Shown piece by piece: positions 43,030-52,650 of a stretch of 64,000 nt of DNA; the first letter of the stretch is position 1; the number at the start of each line of letters is the position of its first letter. The stretch is taken from positions 62,001 to 126,000 of the forward strand of contig JAXLQJ010000009.1 in NCBI GenBank assembly GCA_046331705.1. Reading direction: 5' to 3'. Source of the DNA: a bacterium (GTDB lineage: Bacteria > JADJOY01). The notes below the pieces were generated by a model. The model was not told the DNA's origin. It saw nothing but the letters and a program-made list of their open reading frames with translations, and searched no databases. The translations under genes and the position numbers were made by a program.

Positions 43030-43033
<4 letters not shown>
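41804..43033 (-). CDS. MacB-type ABC transporter permease
   Basis: [62 protein letters not shown]. Confidence 0.92.
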
Positions 43034-43803
<770 letters not shown>

Positions 43804-43813
43804 CACGCGTTCC

Positions 43814-45130
43814 TCACAGCCCCGGGAAGCGCGGCCCACCACTGCGACGCGACGACGACGATCCGGCGGCCTCGGGTGTCGAGGCATCGGTGACGAGCGC
43901 GTCGCCCACGGCGAGCTGGCCCTCGACGAGCGCCGAGAGCGTGCCGTCCGAGAGTCCGGTTCGAATCGCCACCGCAACCGGTTCGCCGCTCTCGAGCCGC
44001 CACACGGTCCGCGTGCCCGCGCCCTCGTCCGCGCCCGCCGTGGCACCGCCTCCGCGCGCGCCGCGCTTGCCCGTGCCGCGTCCGCCAGCGGCGCCGGTGC
44101 CGTCACCGCCCGACGGCTTCGCCGCTTTGGCGGCCCCGAAGGACGCGGGCGGCCGAAACCGCAGCGCCGCGTTGGGCACGCGCAGGACGTCGTCGGCGCG
44201 GGCGTACACGAAGGTGACGTTCGCCGTCATGCCCGGTCGAAGCTCGAGCTCGACATTGCTCACGTCGAGCACCGCGTCGTAGGTCACCACGTTCTGGACC
44301 GTCTGCGGCGCGTTGCGGATCTGTCGCACCTTCCCCACGAATCGCTTGTTGGGGTACGCGTCGACCACGAACGACGCCTCCATCCCAGGCGTGAGCTTGC
44401 CGATGTCCGCCTCGGAGACGCTGGTGTCGACCTGCATCTTGCGCAGGTCCTCGGCGATCACGAAGAGGGTCGGCGCCTGCAGCGACGCCGCCACCGTCTG
44501 GCCGACGTCGACGGCGCGCGAGATCACGATGCCGTGGATCGGCGACACGATCGTGGTGTAGGCGAGGTTCACCTCCGCCTGGTGCAGCGCCGCCGCGGCT
44601 TGCTCGACGGACGCCGCCGCAGCGGCCACGCCGGCCTTGGCCGCATCGGCGGAGGTGCGGCTCGCGTCCAGGTCGGCGAGCGCGATGAGCTTGCGAGCCG
44701 CGAGCGTCTCGCTGCGGGCGAGCTGGCGCGCCGTGTCCTCGGCTTGGACCCGTGCCTTGGCGAGGTTGGCCACCGCCGCGGCGTGATTGGCGCGCGCCTG
44801 CGCGGCGGCGGCCTCGAAGAGCTGCGGATCGATCTTGGCGATGACCTGTCCGGCCTCGACCGGCGAGTTGAAGTCGACGAAGAGCTCCTGGATCCGGCCG
44901 GACACCTGGCTGCCGACCTGCACGGTGACGAGCGCCGAGAGCGTGCCGGTGGCCGTCACCTTCGCCACCACGGCGCCACGATCGACGGCGGCGGTCTCGT
45001 AGCGGACCGGGGGCTTCGCCTTCCAGGTGCGGTAGCCCCACCAGCCGCCGCCCGCCGCCACCAGCGCGGCGAGCGCGAGCCACGCGGCCAGACGGATGCG
45101 GGAATTCGAGCTTGGATTCACGGTGTGCAT
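43814..45130 (-). CDS. MacA-type periplasmic adaptor subunit
   Basis: ATGTL...VQVGSQVSGRI, SPIHGIV, GQTVAASLQAPTLF, LRPGMTANV, TGLSDG. Confidence 0.92.
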   Translation of the reverse strand: MHTVNPSSNSRIRLAAWLALAALVAAGGGWWGYRTWKAKPPVRYETAAVDRGAVVAKVTATGTLSALVTVQVGSQVSGRIQELFVDFNSPVEAGQVIAKIDPQLFEAAAAQARANHAAAVANLAKARVQAEDTARQLARSETLAARKLIALADLDASRTSADAAKAGVAAAAASVEQAAAALHQAEVNLAYTTIVSPIHGIVISRAVDVGQTVAASLQAPTLFVIAEDLRKMQVDTSVSEADIGKLTPGMEASFVVDAYPNKRFVGKVRQIRNAPQTVQNVVTYDAVLDVSNVELELRPGMTANVTFVYARADDVLRVPNAALRFRPPASFGAAKAAKPSGGDGTGAAGGRGTGKRGARGGGATAGADEGAGTRTVWRLESGEPVAVAIRTGLSDGTLSALVEGQLAVGDALVTDASTPEAAGSSSSRRSGGPRFPGL

Positions 45131-45305
45131 CCATTCGCGCGCCGCGGCTTCCGGATCACGGCTGGCCCTCGCCGCACGCGGTTTCGAGTCGAGAGCGCAG
45201 GAAGAGCAGGAAGAGAACGTGTCCGGCCACCCTTGCGTGGCTGTTGTCCGATCGTGAAGAACTGTGAAGCGACACCGGCGAGAGGCCGCCGCGGCCAGCG
45301 CTCGG

Positions 45306-47270
45306 TCAGCGACGGAACACGATCGCGTTCGCCGAGTGGGGCGGCAACGTGACGATCGTGGTGGAGCCCACCTCGGTCAGCGGATGGCGCGTGAGCGTGA
45401 CCGACGGCGCGCCATCCTCCGGCTCGTTGGTCGACCCGCCGGTGGGTCCGGTGACGATCGCTTGCTCGCCCGAGCGCGGCTCGAAGCCCACGAGCTCGAT
45501 CGCGACCGGCATGGGATCGTCGCTCGACTTGTTGAGCGCCATGACCGTGAGCCGATCTCCCTCGGGGCTGCGCCCCGCCACCGACGCGACGGTGTCGACG
45601 CGCGTCACCAGGCTCGATACGAATCCCATCGAGAGCCCGGCGTCGAGCCCGACGTGGAACACCGGGCTCGCCACGTCCACGGCGAGCCGATCGCCCTCGT
45701 CCAGGTTCTCGCTGTAGAGCTTCTGCACCCAATAGGTGGGCCGCGGACGGGGCTGGTCGCTGCCGCTCGCGCCCGTCTTCGACCAGCGCGAGACGCCCTG
45801 GATCTGGCCCAGGCCGTTGTCCTCCTCGTAGAGCAAGAAGGTGGTCGACACGGGGACGCCGTTGCGGACCATCACGTTGAAGAGGTCGGCGAGCGACAAG
45901 GCCTCACGCAGATGCACGTGCCGCGTGATCGCTTCCTGGAAGTTGTAGACGGTGTTGTTCTCGGTGCCGTAGATGGCGTGATCGCCGAGCGTTCCCGCGG
46001 GCTCGAAGAGGAAGGTCTCGAGCGTCTGGAAGCCCGCCATGATCACCTGGTGCACGCCCGGATCGTTCTTGAAGTCCACGACGGTGGTCGGCTGGCGCGA
46101 CGCGGTCGCGGGAACCTCGTGGAAGACTCGCACGATCCCGCGGTTCGTGAGCCTGAGACCGATCCGGTGCGGTCCCCGGGTGAGCGACACCTGCGGCGTC
46201 GGCGTCTCGTTTCCGGCGATCGCGAACGTCTGCTGGACGTTTCCGTCCACCAGGAAATCGACGCTCGGCACCTCGCCGGATCCCGAGGCGTTCACGATCG
46301 AGAACGAGAACGTGTAGGTGGCGTCGGCGGGAAAGCTGGGCGTGTCCTCCACCGTGACGCCCGGCTGGGTCATCTCGAAGCCGTAGTTGGGCGCGAGCGA
46401 GCTCGGTGCGTAGAGGTGCTTGGCCCAGAAATGAAACCCATCGGGCGCCAGATTCTCGATGGTGCTGTACCACTGCAAGCTGAACTCGGGCTCGTAGTAG
46501 GTGCCGAAACCGATGGCGCCGATGCGGATCGAGGGGTCCACCTTCATCATCTCGACGCGGAAGCTCGACAGGCTGGTGGCGTAGAGATTGATGAAGAAGT
46601 CGCCGCCGCGCAGCTCGTTGCCGATCTCCCAGTAGCGCACGTCGTAGGGCGCGGGATGGCCGTTCGCGGCGCGAACCGCCGCCCAGTCGGTGCCGCCGCG
46701 CGGGTTCGAGCCGTCGTTGGGCGCGTTCATGTACTCGACCCAATCCGCCGCCGTGCCAGGTCCGAGGGCCCAGTTGACGGTGATCATCCCGACGGCGCCG
46801 ATCTGCTCGCAGAACTGCCCGAACTCGTCGCTGCCCACCACGATGTTGCGACCGCTGGTTGGATCGACCGGCCGCGCTTCCATGGGGCCGAGCCCGTCGC
46901 GCCAGTCGTAGTGATTCGACAACAGCCCGCCCGGATAGCGAACCACGGTCGGGCGCATGTCGCGCACCAGCGGCACGTACGAGAAGAACTTGGCGTGCGC
47001 AGCGGCCGCGTCCTCGGCGGTCGTCACCTTGTCCGGCAAGCCGTTCGAGGGACCGGTCCAGAGAATCTGGGTGCCCCAGAGATGTCGGTCGATCGCACCC
47101 GTGACCTGGGTCGCGTCGACGCGGATGCGGACGCTCGTGCCCGCAGCTCCGCCACCGCTCCCGCCACCGCAGCCGAGCACCGACGCGAGCACCAGCGCCA
47201 GCGCTCCGCCCCAGCGGCGACCCGCGAAGCGTCGTTCCAATCGATCGAGGGAGAGGACCCGCCGAGCCAC
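45306..47270 (-). CDS. GH51-like (alpha-L-arabinofuranosidase-like) glycoside hydrolase lipoprotein
   Basis: Lipobox VLGC; RYPGG, YDWRDGLGP, GSDEF, AADWVEY, RAANGHPAPYDVRYWEIGNE; C-terminal TLPPHS beta domain. Confidence 0.75.
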   Translation of the reverse strand: MARRVLSLDRLERRFAGRRWGGALALVLASVLGCGGGSGGGAAGTSVRIRVDATQVTGAIDRHLWGTQILWTGPSNGLPDKVTTAEDAAAAHAKFFSYVPLVRDMRPTVVRYPGGLLSNHYDWRDGLGPMEARPVDPTSGRNIVVGSDEFGQFCEQIGAVGMITVNWALGPGTAADWVEYMNAPNDGSNPRGGTDWAAVRAANGHPAPYDVRYWEIGNELRGGDFFINLYATSLSSFRVEMMKVDPSIRIGAIGFGTYYEPEFSLQWYSTIENLAPDGFHFWAKHLYAPSSLAPNYGFEMTQPGVTVEDTPSFPADATYTFSFSIVNASGSGEVPSVDFLVDGNVQQTFAIAGNETPTPQVSLTRGPHRIGLRLTNRGIVRVFHEVPATASRQPTTVVDFKNDPGVHQVIMAGFQTLETFLFEPAGTLGDHAIYGTENNTVYNFQEAITRHVHLREALSLADLFNVMVRNGVPVSTTFLLYEEDNGLGQIQGVSRWSKTGASGSDQPRPRPTYWVQKLYSENLDEGDRLAVDVASPVFHVGLDAGLSMGFVSSLVTRVDTVASVAGRSPEGDRLTVMALNKSSDDPMPVAIELVGFEPRSGEQAIVTGPTGGSTNEPEDGAPSVTLTRHPLTEVGSTTIVTLPPHSANAIVFRR

Positions 47271-47480
47271 GAAGCACGCCTTCCGGGAACGAATCAGGAT
47301 CGAACGGACCTGCAGTCACGCGGAATGCGCCGGCCACGCTCTCCGCTCGGCGCCGCTCGGTGGCGGGAGAGCCCGAGCGGCGTGCCCGCTGCGATGCGCG
47401 AGCGCCGCGCAAGCTAACAGGTGCGCGCCGTCGTCGTCATACCCACGACGCGCGGCTGGCTGCGGCGGCGGGGATCGCCT

Positions 47481-48818
47481 TCAGACGGGCCGCGGGCGCC
47501 GCGCTCGCCGCGCTCGCGACCCGAGCCAGGCGATCGCCAGCACGGCGCCGCTCGACACCACGCCCGACGCGCCAGCGGCGTCGCCCGCCGATGCCACGCG
47601 GCAGCCCCCTCCGCCTCCACCGCCGCCACCACCGCCGTGACCGCCCGAATCCGGCCGCGTCGTGACGCTGGTCGCGAGCGGCGCCCCGCCGTTCTCGATG
47701 TCCTGGACGAAATCCACGCCGCGGGTGGTCGAGGCGGCGTCCACGGTCACCGGCGTCGCCGCCGCGGCCTCCAGCGTGTTGTTGAAGAACTCGGTGGCGA
47801 ACGGCTTCCCGTAGGTCGAGCGCAAGATCCCCGAGATGTTGAAGCCGCTGACGAAGCCCGCGGCCTCGCTGCCGTCGATCGCGTGGATGAAGACCGAGTA
47901 GATGCCCGGCTCGAGACCCGGGATGAAGTACGTGCCGTCATGGCTGTCGCCGGTGAAGTAGCCAGCGATCCCTCCCACCGCCTCGCCCGTGATCCCGTTC
48001 ACCGCGGTGACGTGGGTGCCGAAGCCGGCGTCGCCGTCGGCCTCGGTGATGCTTCCGCGAATGGTGCCGAAGTCGCTCGCGAACGACGGCTCGGGATAGA
48101 CGTACGAGATCGCCGCGCGATCGTCGGCCGTGAGCGAGCGCTGGCCCGCGGGATCGCCGTAGAAGCCCACGTACGGGAACATCGTCGGGACCTGCTCCGG
48201 TGGAACCTCGGGATAGACCGGCGAATGGCCGAGCCCGCACAGGTGTCCGATCTCGTGGATCAGAACGCCTTCGAGGTCGGAATCCGCGGCGAAGCGCGTG
48301 ATGTTCGGGACGCTGATGACGATGTCCGCGTCCTCGATTCGGCCGTCCTCGATGTCGATCACGGGAAACGCGAGCCCGATGACGCCGTTGTCCGGCCCCG
48401 CGATGCGATCGAAGAACACTCCGCTGTCGTCGAAGATGACGTCGATGCGGCCGTCGTTCTGGAACGCGTCGAGGCGGTCCACGTCCTCGACGGTGGTGTT
48501 GTGGTCGCCGTCGGGATCGGGGATGAGCCCGCCGTACTCGAAGCGGATCGACGAGGTCGACACCGCCTGCCAGGCGTCAAACGCACGCTGCACCAGCTCC
48601 ACGGCGTCGATGCCGGGCACGCCGGTGCCGCCCGGATCGACGTAGTACCGAATTGGGAGCTGATCCGCGTTCCAGTGGCTGTAGATCACCTTGCCGCCGC
48701 TACCGATGTCGGCGAGCTGGCTGAAGCTCCATGCGGGAGGCGCGCTCGCGACCAGCAACGCGAGACCGCCACCCAACGCCGCCCAGCCGCGCCCACCGCT
48801 TGCGTGTCGTCGCATCAC
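47481..48818 (-). CDS. Matrixin-like zinc metalloprotease with carboxypeptidase-regulatory-like domain and MYXO-CTERM-like tail
   Basis: Signal peptide; HEIGHLCGLGHS, Met-turn TMFP, LTADDRAA; DGTYFIPGLEPG; poly-G-C, hydrophobic segment, RARRARR end. Confidence 0.85.
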   Translation of the reverse strand: MMRRHASGGRGWAALGGGLALLVASAPPAWSFSQLADIGSGGKVIYSHWNADQLPIRYYVDPGGTGVPGIDAVELVQRAFDAWQAVSTSSIRFEYGGLIPDPDGDHNTTVEDVDRLDAFQNDGRIDVIFDDSGVFFDRIAGPDNGVIGLAFPVIDIEDGRIEDADIVISVPNITRFAADSDLEGVLIHEIGHLCGLGHSPVYPEVPPEQVPTMFPYVGFYGDPAGQRSLTADDRAAISYVYPEPSFASDFGTIRGSITEADGDAGFGTHVTAVNGITGEAVGGIAGYFTGDSHDGTYFIPGLEPGIYSVFIHAIDGSEAAGFVSGFNISGILRSTYGKPFATEFFNNTLEAAAATPVTVDAASTTRGVDFVQDIENGGAPLATSVTTRPDSGGHGGGGGGGGGGGCRVASAGDAAGASGVVSSGAVLAIAWLGSRARRARRPRPV

Positions 48819-48872
48819 ATCCGCCTCCCGTCCATCGATTCGAGTCGCGCGCCGCGCCGGTGGGCCGCAGCC

Positions 48873-49430
48873 TCAGCGCAGATGACTGCGCACCTCGTCC
48901 AAGAACTCCGCGAGCGGCTTCGTCCCGGCGCGCGCGCTGCTCGCACCCGAGCTGGCTTCCCCCGCGGCGCCCCGAACCCGGGCACCGTCGCTTGCGTGGG
49001 TGATCTCGAACGCGCCCTGATCCATGCCGAGCACACCGCGTGCGCCGTCGGCGCGCGGCGCCGTCAGGAAGAGCACCGCGGCCAGGCCCCGCTCGAGACG
49101 CGGCACGCCGGCGACCGGCGCGGCCTCGCGACCGGCCACACCGCCCGGCAGCGCCACGCTCACCTCTCCCGCTACACCCGCGCCCTTCACCACCTCGTCG
49201 ACGACGAAGCGACCCACCGTGCCGAGCCGATGGGTGAGCGGATCGACGCCGGAGGTGACGTCCACGCAGCGCGCGACCACCACCGCATCCGCGCGCTGGC
49301 TGAGCGTGCGGACGTCCATCGGCGCGACGGTGGTGGCGTGGCCGCGTGGCGGCAGCGCCAACAGCGCGAGCAGCGCCCAGATCGAACGACGAACCGAGCG
49401 CCTGGCGGACGGTGGCTGCGAGCAACTCAT
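48873..49430 (-). CDS. Secreted hypothetical protein (TT...L...ADAVV..RC family, protease-associated)
   Basis: ATG at 49430 after GAGGAG; signal peptide; VDEVVKG, LPGG, AVLFL, VLGMDQGAF. Confidence 0.7.
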   Translation of the reverse strand: MSCSQPPSARRSVRRSIWALLALLALPPRGHATTVAPMDVRTLSQRADAVVVARCVDVTSGVDPLTHRLGTVGRFVVDEVVKGAGVAGEVSVALPGGVAGREAAPVAGVPRLERGLAAVLFLTAPRADGARGVLGMDQGAFEITHASDGARVRGAAGEASSGASSARAGTKPLAEFLDEVRSHLR

Positions 49431-49468
49431 GGGCGATCTCCTCGGGGTGCCGGGGTGCGACGGGCCGC

Positions 49469-49563
49469 AGGATAAGGGCGTGAAAAAATCGAAGTCAACG
49501 CGCACCGCATCATGACGCCGCGGGCGCCGGCGCGTTGACGGAGTGCCGGGTCGTCCCTAGATT
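49469..49563. promoter_or_regulatory. Back-to-back divergent sigma70 promoters
   Basis: + strand TTGACG(49535)-17-TAGATT; - strand TTGACT(49498)-18-TATCCT. Confidence 0.7.
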
Positions 49564-49599
49564 GGGCGCGCGCTCGGAGTTCGCGTCCTCGGCTCACGC

Positions 49600-49953
49600 T
49601 TGGTCACTGGCGTCGCACTCGTCCTGGTCACCGCACCCGCGGGAGAGCCCGCGGCTGCGCTGGCGCGACGGCTCGTCGCGGACGGGCTCGCCGCGTGCGT
49701 GAACCTCGTCCCCACGATCCGTTCGATCTACCGCTGGCAGGGCAAGATCGAGGACGACACCGAATCGCTGCTGGTCATCAAGACCCGCCGCGAGTGCGTG
49801 GAGGCGTTGCGCGCCCGCGTGATCGCGTTGCATCCGTACAGCGTCCCCGAGGTCCTCGCGTTCGACGTGGCCGAGGGGCACGCCCCCTACCTCGCTTGGG
49901 TCCTCGCGCAGGTGACGCCGCCCGCCGGCGGCGCCCGAGATCCCGAGCCATGA
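49600..49953 (+). CDS. cutA: Divalent-cation tolerance protein CutA
   Basis: LAACVN, SIYRWQGKIE, IKT, HPYSVPEV. Confidence 0.92.
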   Translation: MVTGVALVLVTAPAGEPAAALARRLVADGLAACVNLVPTIRSIYRWQGKIEDDTESLLVIKTRRECVEALRARVIALHPYSVPEVLAFDVAEGHAPYLAWVLAQVTPPAGGARDPEP

Positions 49954-49966
49954 CGTTCTCGTCCCT

Positions 49967-51757
49967 GTGGCGGACGCCCGCCGAGCGGCACGGCACGGCA
50001 CCTGCGCGAGGCCTCCCATCGCGCACCTGAGCGGCAACCTCACCGGGCTCAAGCCCAACCAGATCCGTCGTCTGGAACGTCTGGATCGCCGGCGCGTGCC
50101 GCCGACGCGCGTGGTCACGCCGGAGCTGGCGCACGGGTTGGCGGAGCTGAGCGCCGAGACCGGGCGCCAGATCGGCGCGCTCGTCGATCGCACGGGCGCC
50201 GTGCGCCACGTGATCGTGGGCTCCGCGCACTCGACGCCGATTCCCGACTTCGGGCGCGTGCGCGCCGGTCGCAGCCGCTTCCGCGGTCTGCGCTTGATCC
50301 ACACCCGCCTCGACGAGCCGGGGCTCTCGCGCGAGGACCTCACGGACCTCGCCTTGCTACGGCTCGACGTCGTGGCCACCGTGGCGATCGCCGCGGACGG
50401 CCGTGCTGGACCGATCGCGATCGCGCATCTGCTGCCGCCCAGCGACGGTCAGGAGCCGTGGCGCATCCTGCCGCCGCGCGCGGTCCACGATCTCGATCTG
50501 CCCTTCGACGAGACGATCCGCGCGCTCGAGGAAGAGTTCGATCGCAAGCTCGGCGCCATCGGCGTCGAGCAAGGCGCCGAGCGCGCGATCCTGGTCTCGG
50601 TCACGCGCCAGGGCGGAGACGACGCACGGCACTCGCTCGAGGAGCTGGAGCGCATCGCGGCCTCCGCGGGGCTCGTCGTGGTCGATCGCATCCTCCAGCG
50701 TCGCGACAAGCTCGACGCGCACACCTTCATGGGCCGCGGTCGCGCCGAGGACGTGGCCATCCGCGCCCTCGGCAACGGCGCCACCGTGCTGGTCTTCGAC
50801 CAAGACCTCTCGCCGTCGCAGTCGAAGGCGCTTTCCGATCTCACCCAGCTCAAGATCCTCGATCGCACCGGATTGATCCTCGACCTCTTCGCCCAGCGCG
50901 CCCGCTCGCGCGACGGCCGTCTGCAGGTGGAGCTGGCACAGCTGCGCTACCGGATGCCGCACCTGAAGGCCCGCGACGACAGTCTCTCGCGGCTGAGCGG
51001 CGGCATCGGCGGGCGCGGGCCGGGCGAGACGCGGCTCGAGGAGGATCGCCGCAAGGCGCGCGATCGCATCGCGCGGCTCGAGCGCGAGATCGAGACCCTC
51101 GCCGGCCAGCGCGCGGGACGTCGCGCGCGCCGCGAGCGCACCGGCATCCCGGTGGTGGGCCTGGTCGGTTACACGAACGCCGGCAAGTCCTCGCTGCTCA
51201 ACAAGCTCACCCGCAGTCGTGTGTTCACCGAGGACCGGCTCTTCGCCACCCTCGATCCGACGTCGCGGAAGCTGCGCTTGCCGTCCGGCCGGGTCGCCGT
51301 GCTGACCGACACCGTGGGGTTCATCCGCGACTTGCCGGAGGATCTGATCGCTGCGTTTCGCGCCACGCTGGAAGAGCTGAGCGAAGCCGAGCTCTTGCTC
51401 CACGTCGTCGACGGGTCGAGCCCGCGCGCGGAGAACCAGATCGCGATCGTCGAGTCGACGCTCGGCGCGCTCGGCCTCGGCGACATCCCGGTGATCCTGG
51501 CGCTCAACAAGGCCGACGCCGCCGATCGCGACTCGCTGCTCGCCTTGCAGCGTGCCAGCTCGGGTGTCATTCTCTCGGCGCATTCGGGAGAGGGGCTCGA
51601 GACCTTGCTCAATCGCATCGATCGAGCGCTTCCCTTGCGACCGTGGGAAGCGAGCGTCTCCGTCGCGACGAACGTGCTCGACGCGCGCGGCGGCGATGAC
51701 GCCATCGCCGCCGACGCCCTGGGCTCGCCCGCTCCGGGCAGGATCGACCGCGCCTGA
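49967..51757 (+). CDS. hflX: GTPase HflX (long N-terminal form)
   Basis: GNLTGLKPNQ, DRTGLILDLFAQRA, GRGPGET, VGYTNAGKS, LFATLDPT, DTVGFI, NKAD; true start may be near 50018. Confidence 0.93.
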   Translation: MADARRAARHGTCARPPIAHLSGNLTGLKPNQIRRLERLDRRRVPPTRVVTPELAHGLAELSAETGRQIGALVDRTGAVRHVIVGSAHSTPIPDFGRVRAGRSRFRGLRLIHTRLDEPGLSREDLTDLALLRLDVVATVAIAADGRAGPIAIAHLLPPSDGQEPWRILPPRAVHDLDLPFDETIRALEEEFDRKLGAIGVEQGAERAILVSVTRQGGDDARHSLEELERIAASAGLVVVDRILQRRDKLDAHTFMGRGRAEDVAIRALGNGATVLVFDQDLSPSQSKALSDLTQLKILDRTGLILDLFAQRARSRDGRLQVELAQLRYRMPHLKARDDSLSRLSGGIGGRGPGETRLEEDRRKARDRIARLEREIETLAGQRAGRRARRERTGIPVVGLVGYTNAGKSSLLNKLTRSRVFTEDRLFATLDPTSRKLRLPSGRVAVLTDTVGFIRDLPEDLIAAFRATLEELSEAELLLHVVDGSSPRAENQIAIVESTLGALGLGDIPVILALNKADAADRDSLLALQRASSGVILSAHSGEGLETLLNRIDRALPLRPWEASVSVATNVLDARGGDDAIAADALGSPAPGRIDRA

Positions 51758-51769
51758 TTCCGCGCAACC

Positions 51770-51973
51770 ATGACGGACGTACGCGCGCCCGCCGACTCGC
51801 TCGAACCGGCTGAGATGCCCGAGCCCGCGCCCGGGACACAGGATCGCGCTCCCAGCGCCCTGCGGGCGCGGATCTATCTCGGCCTGCTGGTCACGTACGT
51901 CGTGCTGCTCGCCATCGGCGTGCTCGCCGAGGCCTTTCACATCCAGTGGATCCTCGACTGGCCGATCTATTGA
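51770..51973 (+). CDS. Small single-TM membrane protein
   Basis: ATG 12 nt after hflX; hydrophobic C-terminal half; coding-like GC3. Confidence 0.6.
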   Translation: MTDVRAPADSLEPAEMPEPAPGTQDRAPSALRARIYLGLLVTYVVLLAIGVLAEAFHIQWILDWPIY

Positions 51974-52043
51974 CCGGCTCGTCGCACCGGCTCGAGGCCG
52001 TGCGCACGCGCGCGTGCCGCGCCGCGCGAAGGAGAGAGAAGCG

Positions 52044-52607
52044 ATGGTGATGAACGCCCGCCGAAGCCGTCGATCGTCGTTGGTTCTGCTCGGCCTGTGG
52101 GTGGCGCTGGGCGTGACGCTGACGAGCGAGCCCGTCCGCGCCGCGACCGCCACGAACCGCCCCGACACGTTCGGCATCGAGGTCGCCGATCGCGACGACG
52201 CGGTGGTGCAGATGCTCAAGCTCGCCGCCGGCCTGCGCGTGATGAAGATCGAGCCGGGTAGCGTCGGTTCCAAGGTGACGTTCCCCGGGACGCGGCGCAC
52301 GCTCGGCCGGGGCGACTTCATCCTCGACATCCGCGTGAAGGGCGTCGGTCCGGACGGTCCGCGCCAGCAGGGCGCGATCCAGTCCGCCGCGGACTTCGTG
52401 AAGGTATGCGCGAGCGCCCGGCGCGGCATCTGGGAGCAGCCTGGACACAAGGGCACGTTGCTCTTCGATGTGTTCACCCAGGCCGGCTACAACATGGAGG
52501 ACTGGAAGACGCTCACCTTCGAGGTGCCGCTCGACCTGAGCAGCGCCCCCGAGCCGCCCGCCGTCGAGGCGTCGCCGCCGGCGCCCACCTCGGGCACGGG
52601 CACCTGA
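52044..52607 (+). CDS. Secreted protein with PDZ-like domain
   Basis: AAGGAG RBS; signal peptide; FGIEV...GLRVMKIEPGS...LGRGDFIL...IQSAADF pattern. Confidence 0.6.
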   Translation: MVMNARRSRRSSLVLLGLWVALGVTLTSEPVRAATATNRPDTFGIEVADRDDAVVQMLKLAAGLRVMKIEPGSVGSKVTFPGTRRTLGRGDFILDIRVKGVGPDGPRQQGAIQSAADFVKVCASARRGIWEQPGHKGTLLFDVFTQAGYNMEDWKTLTFEVPLDLSSAPEPPAVEASPPAPTSGTGT

Positions 52608-52650
52608 TCTACGCCACGCGCCATCTCGCCACCGATCCCAGGAGGAACCC

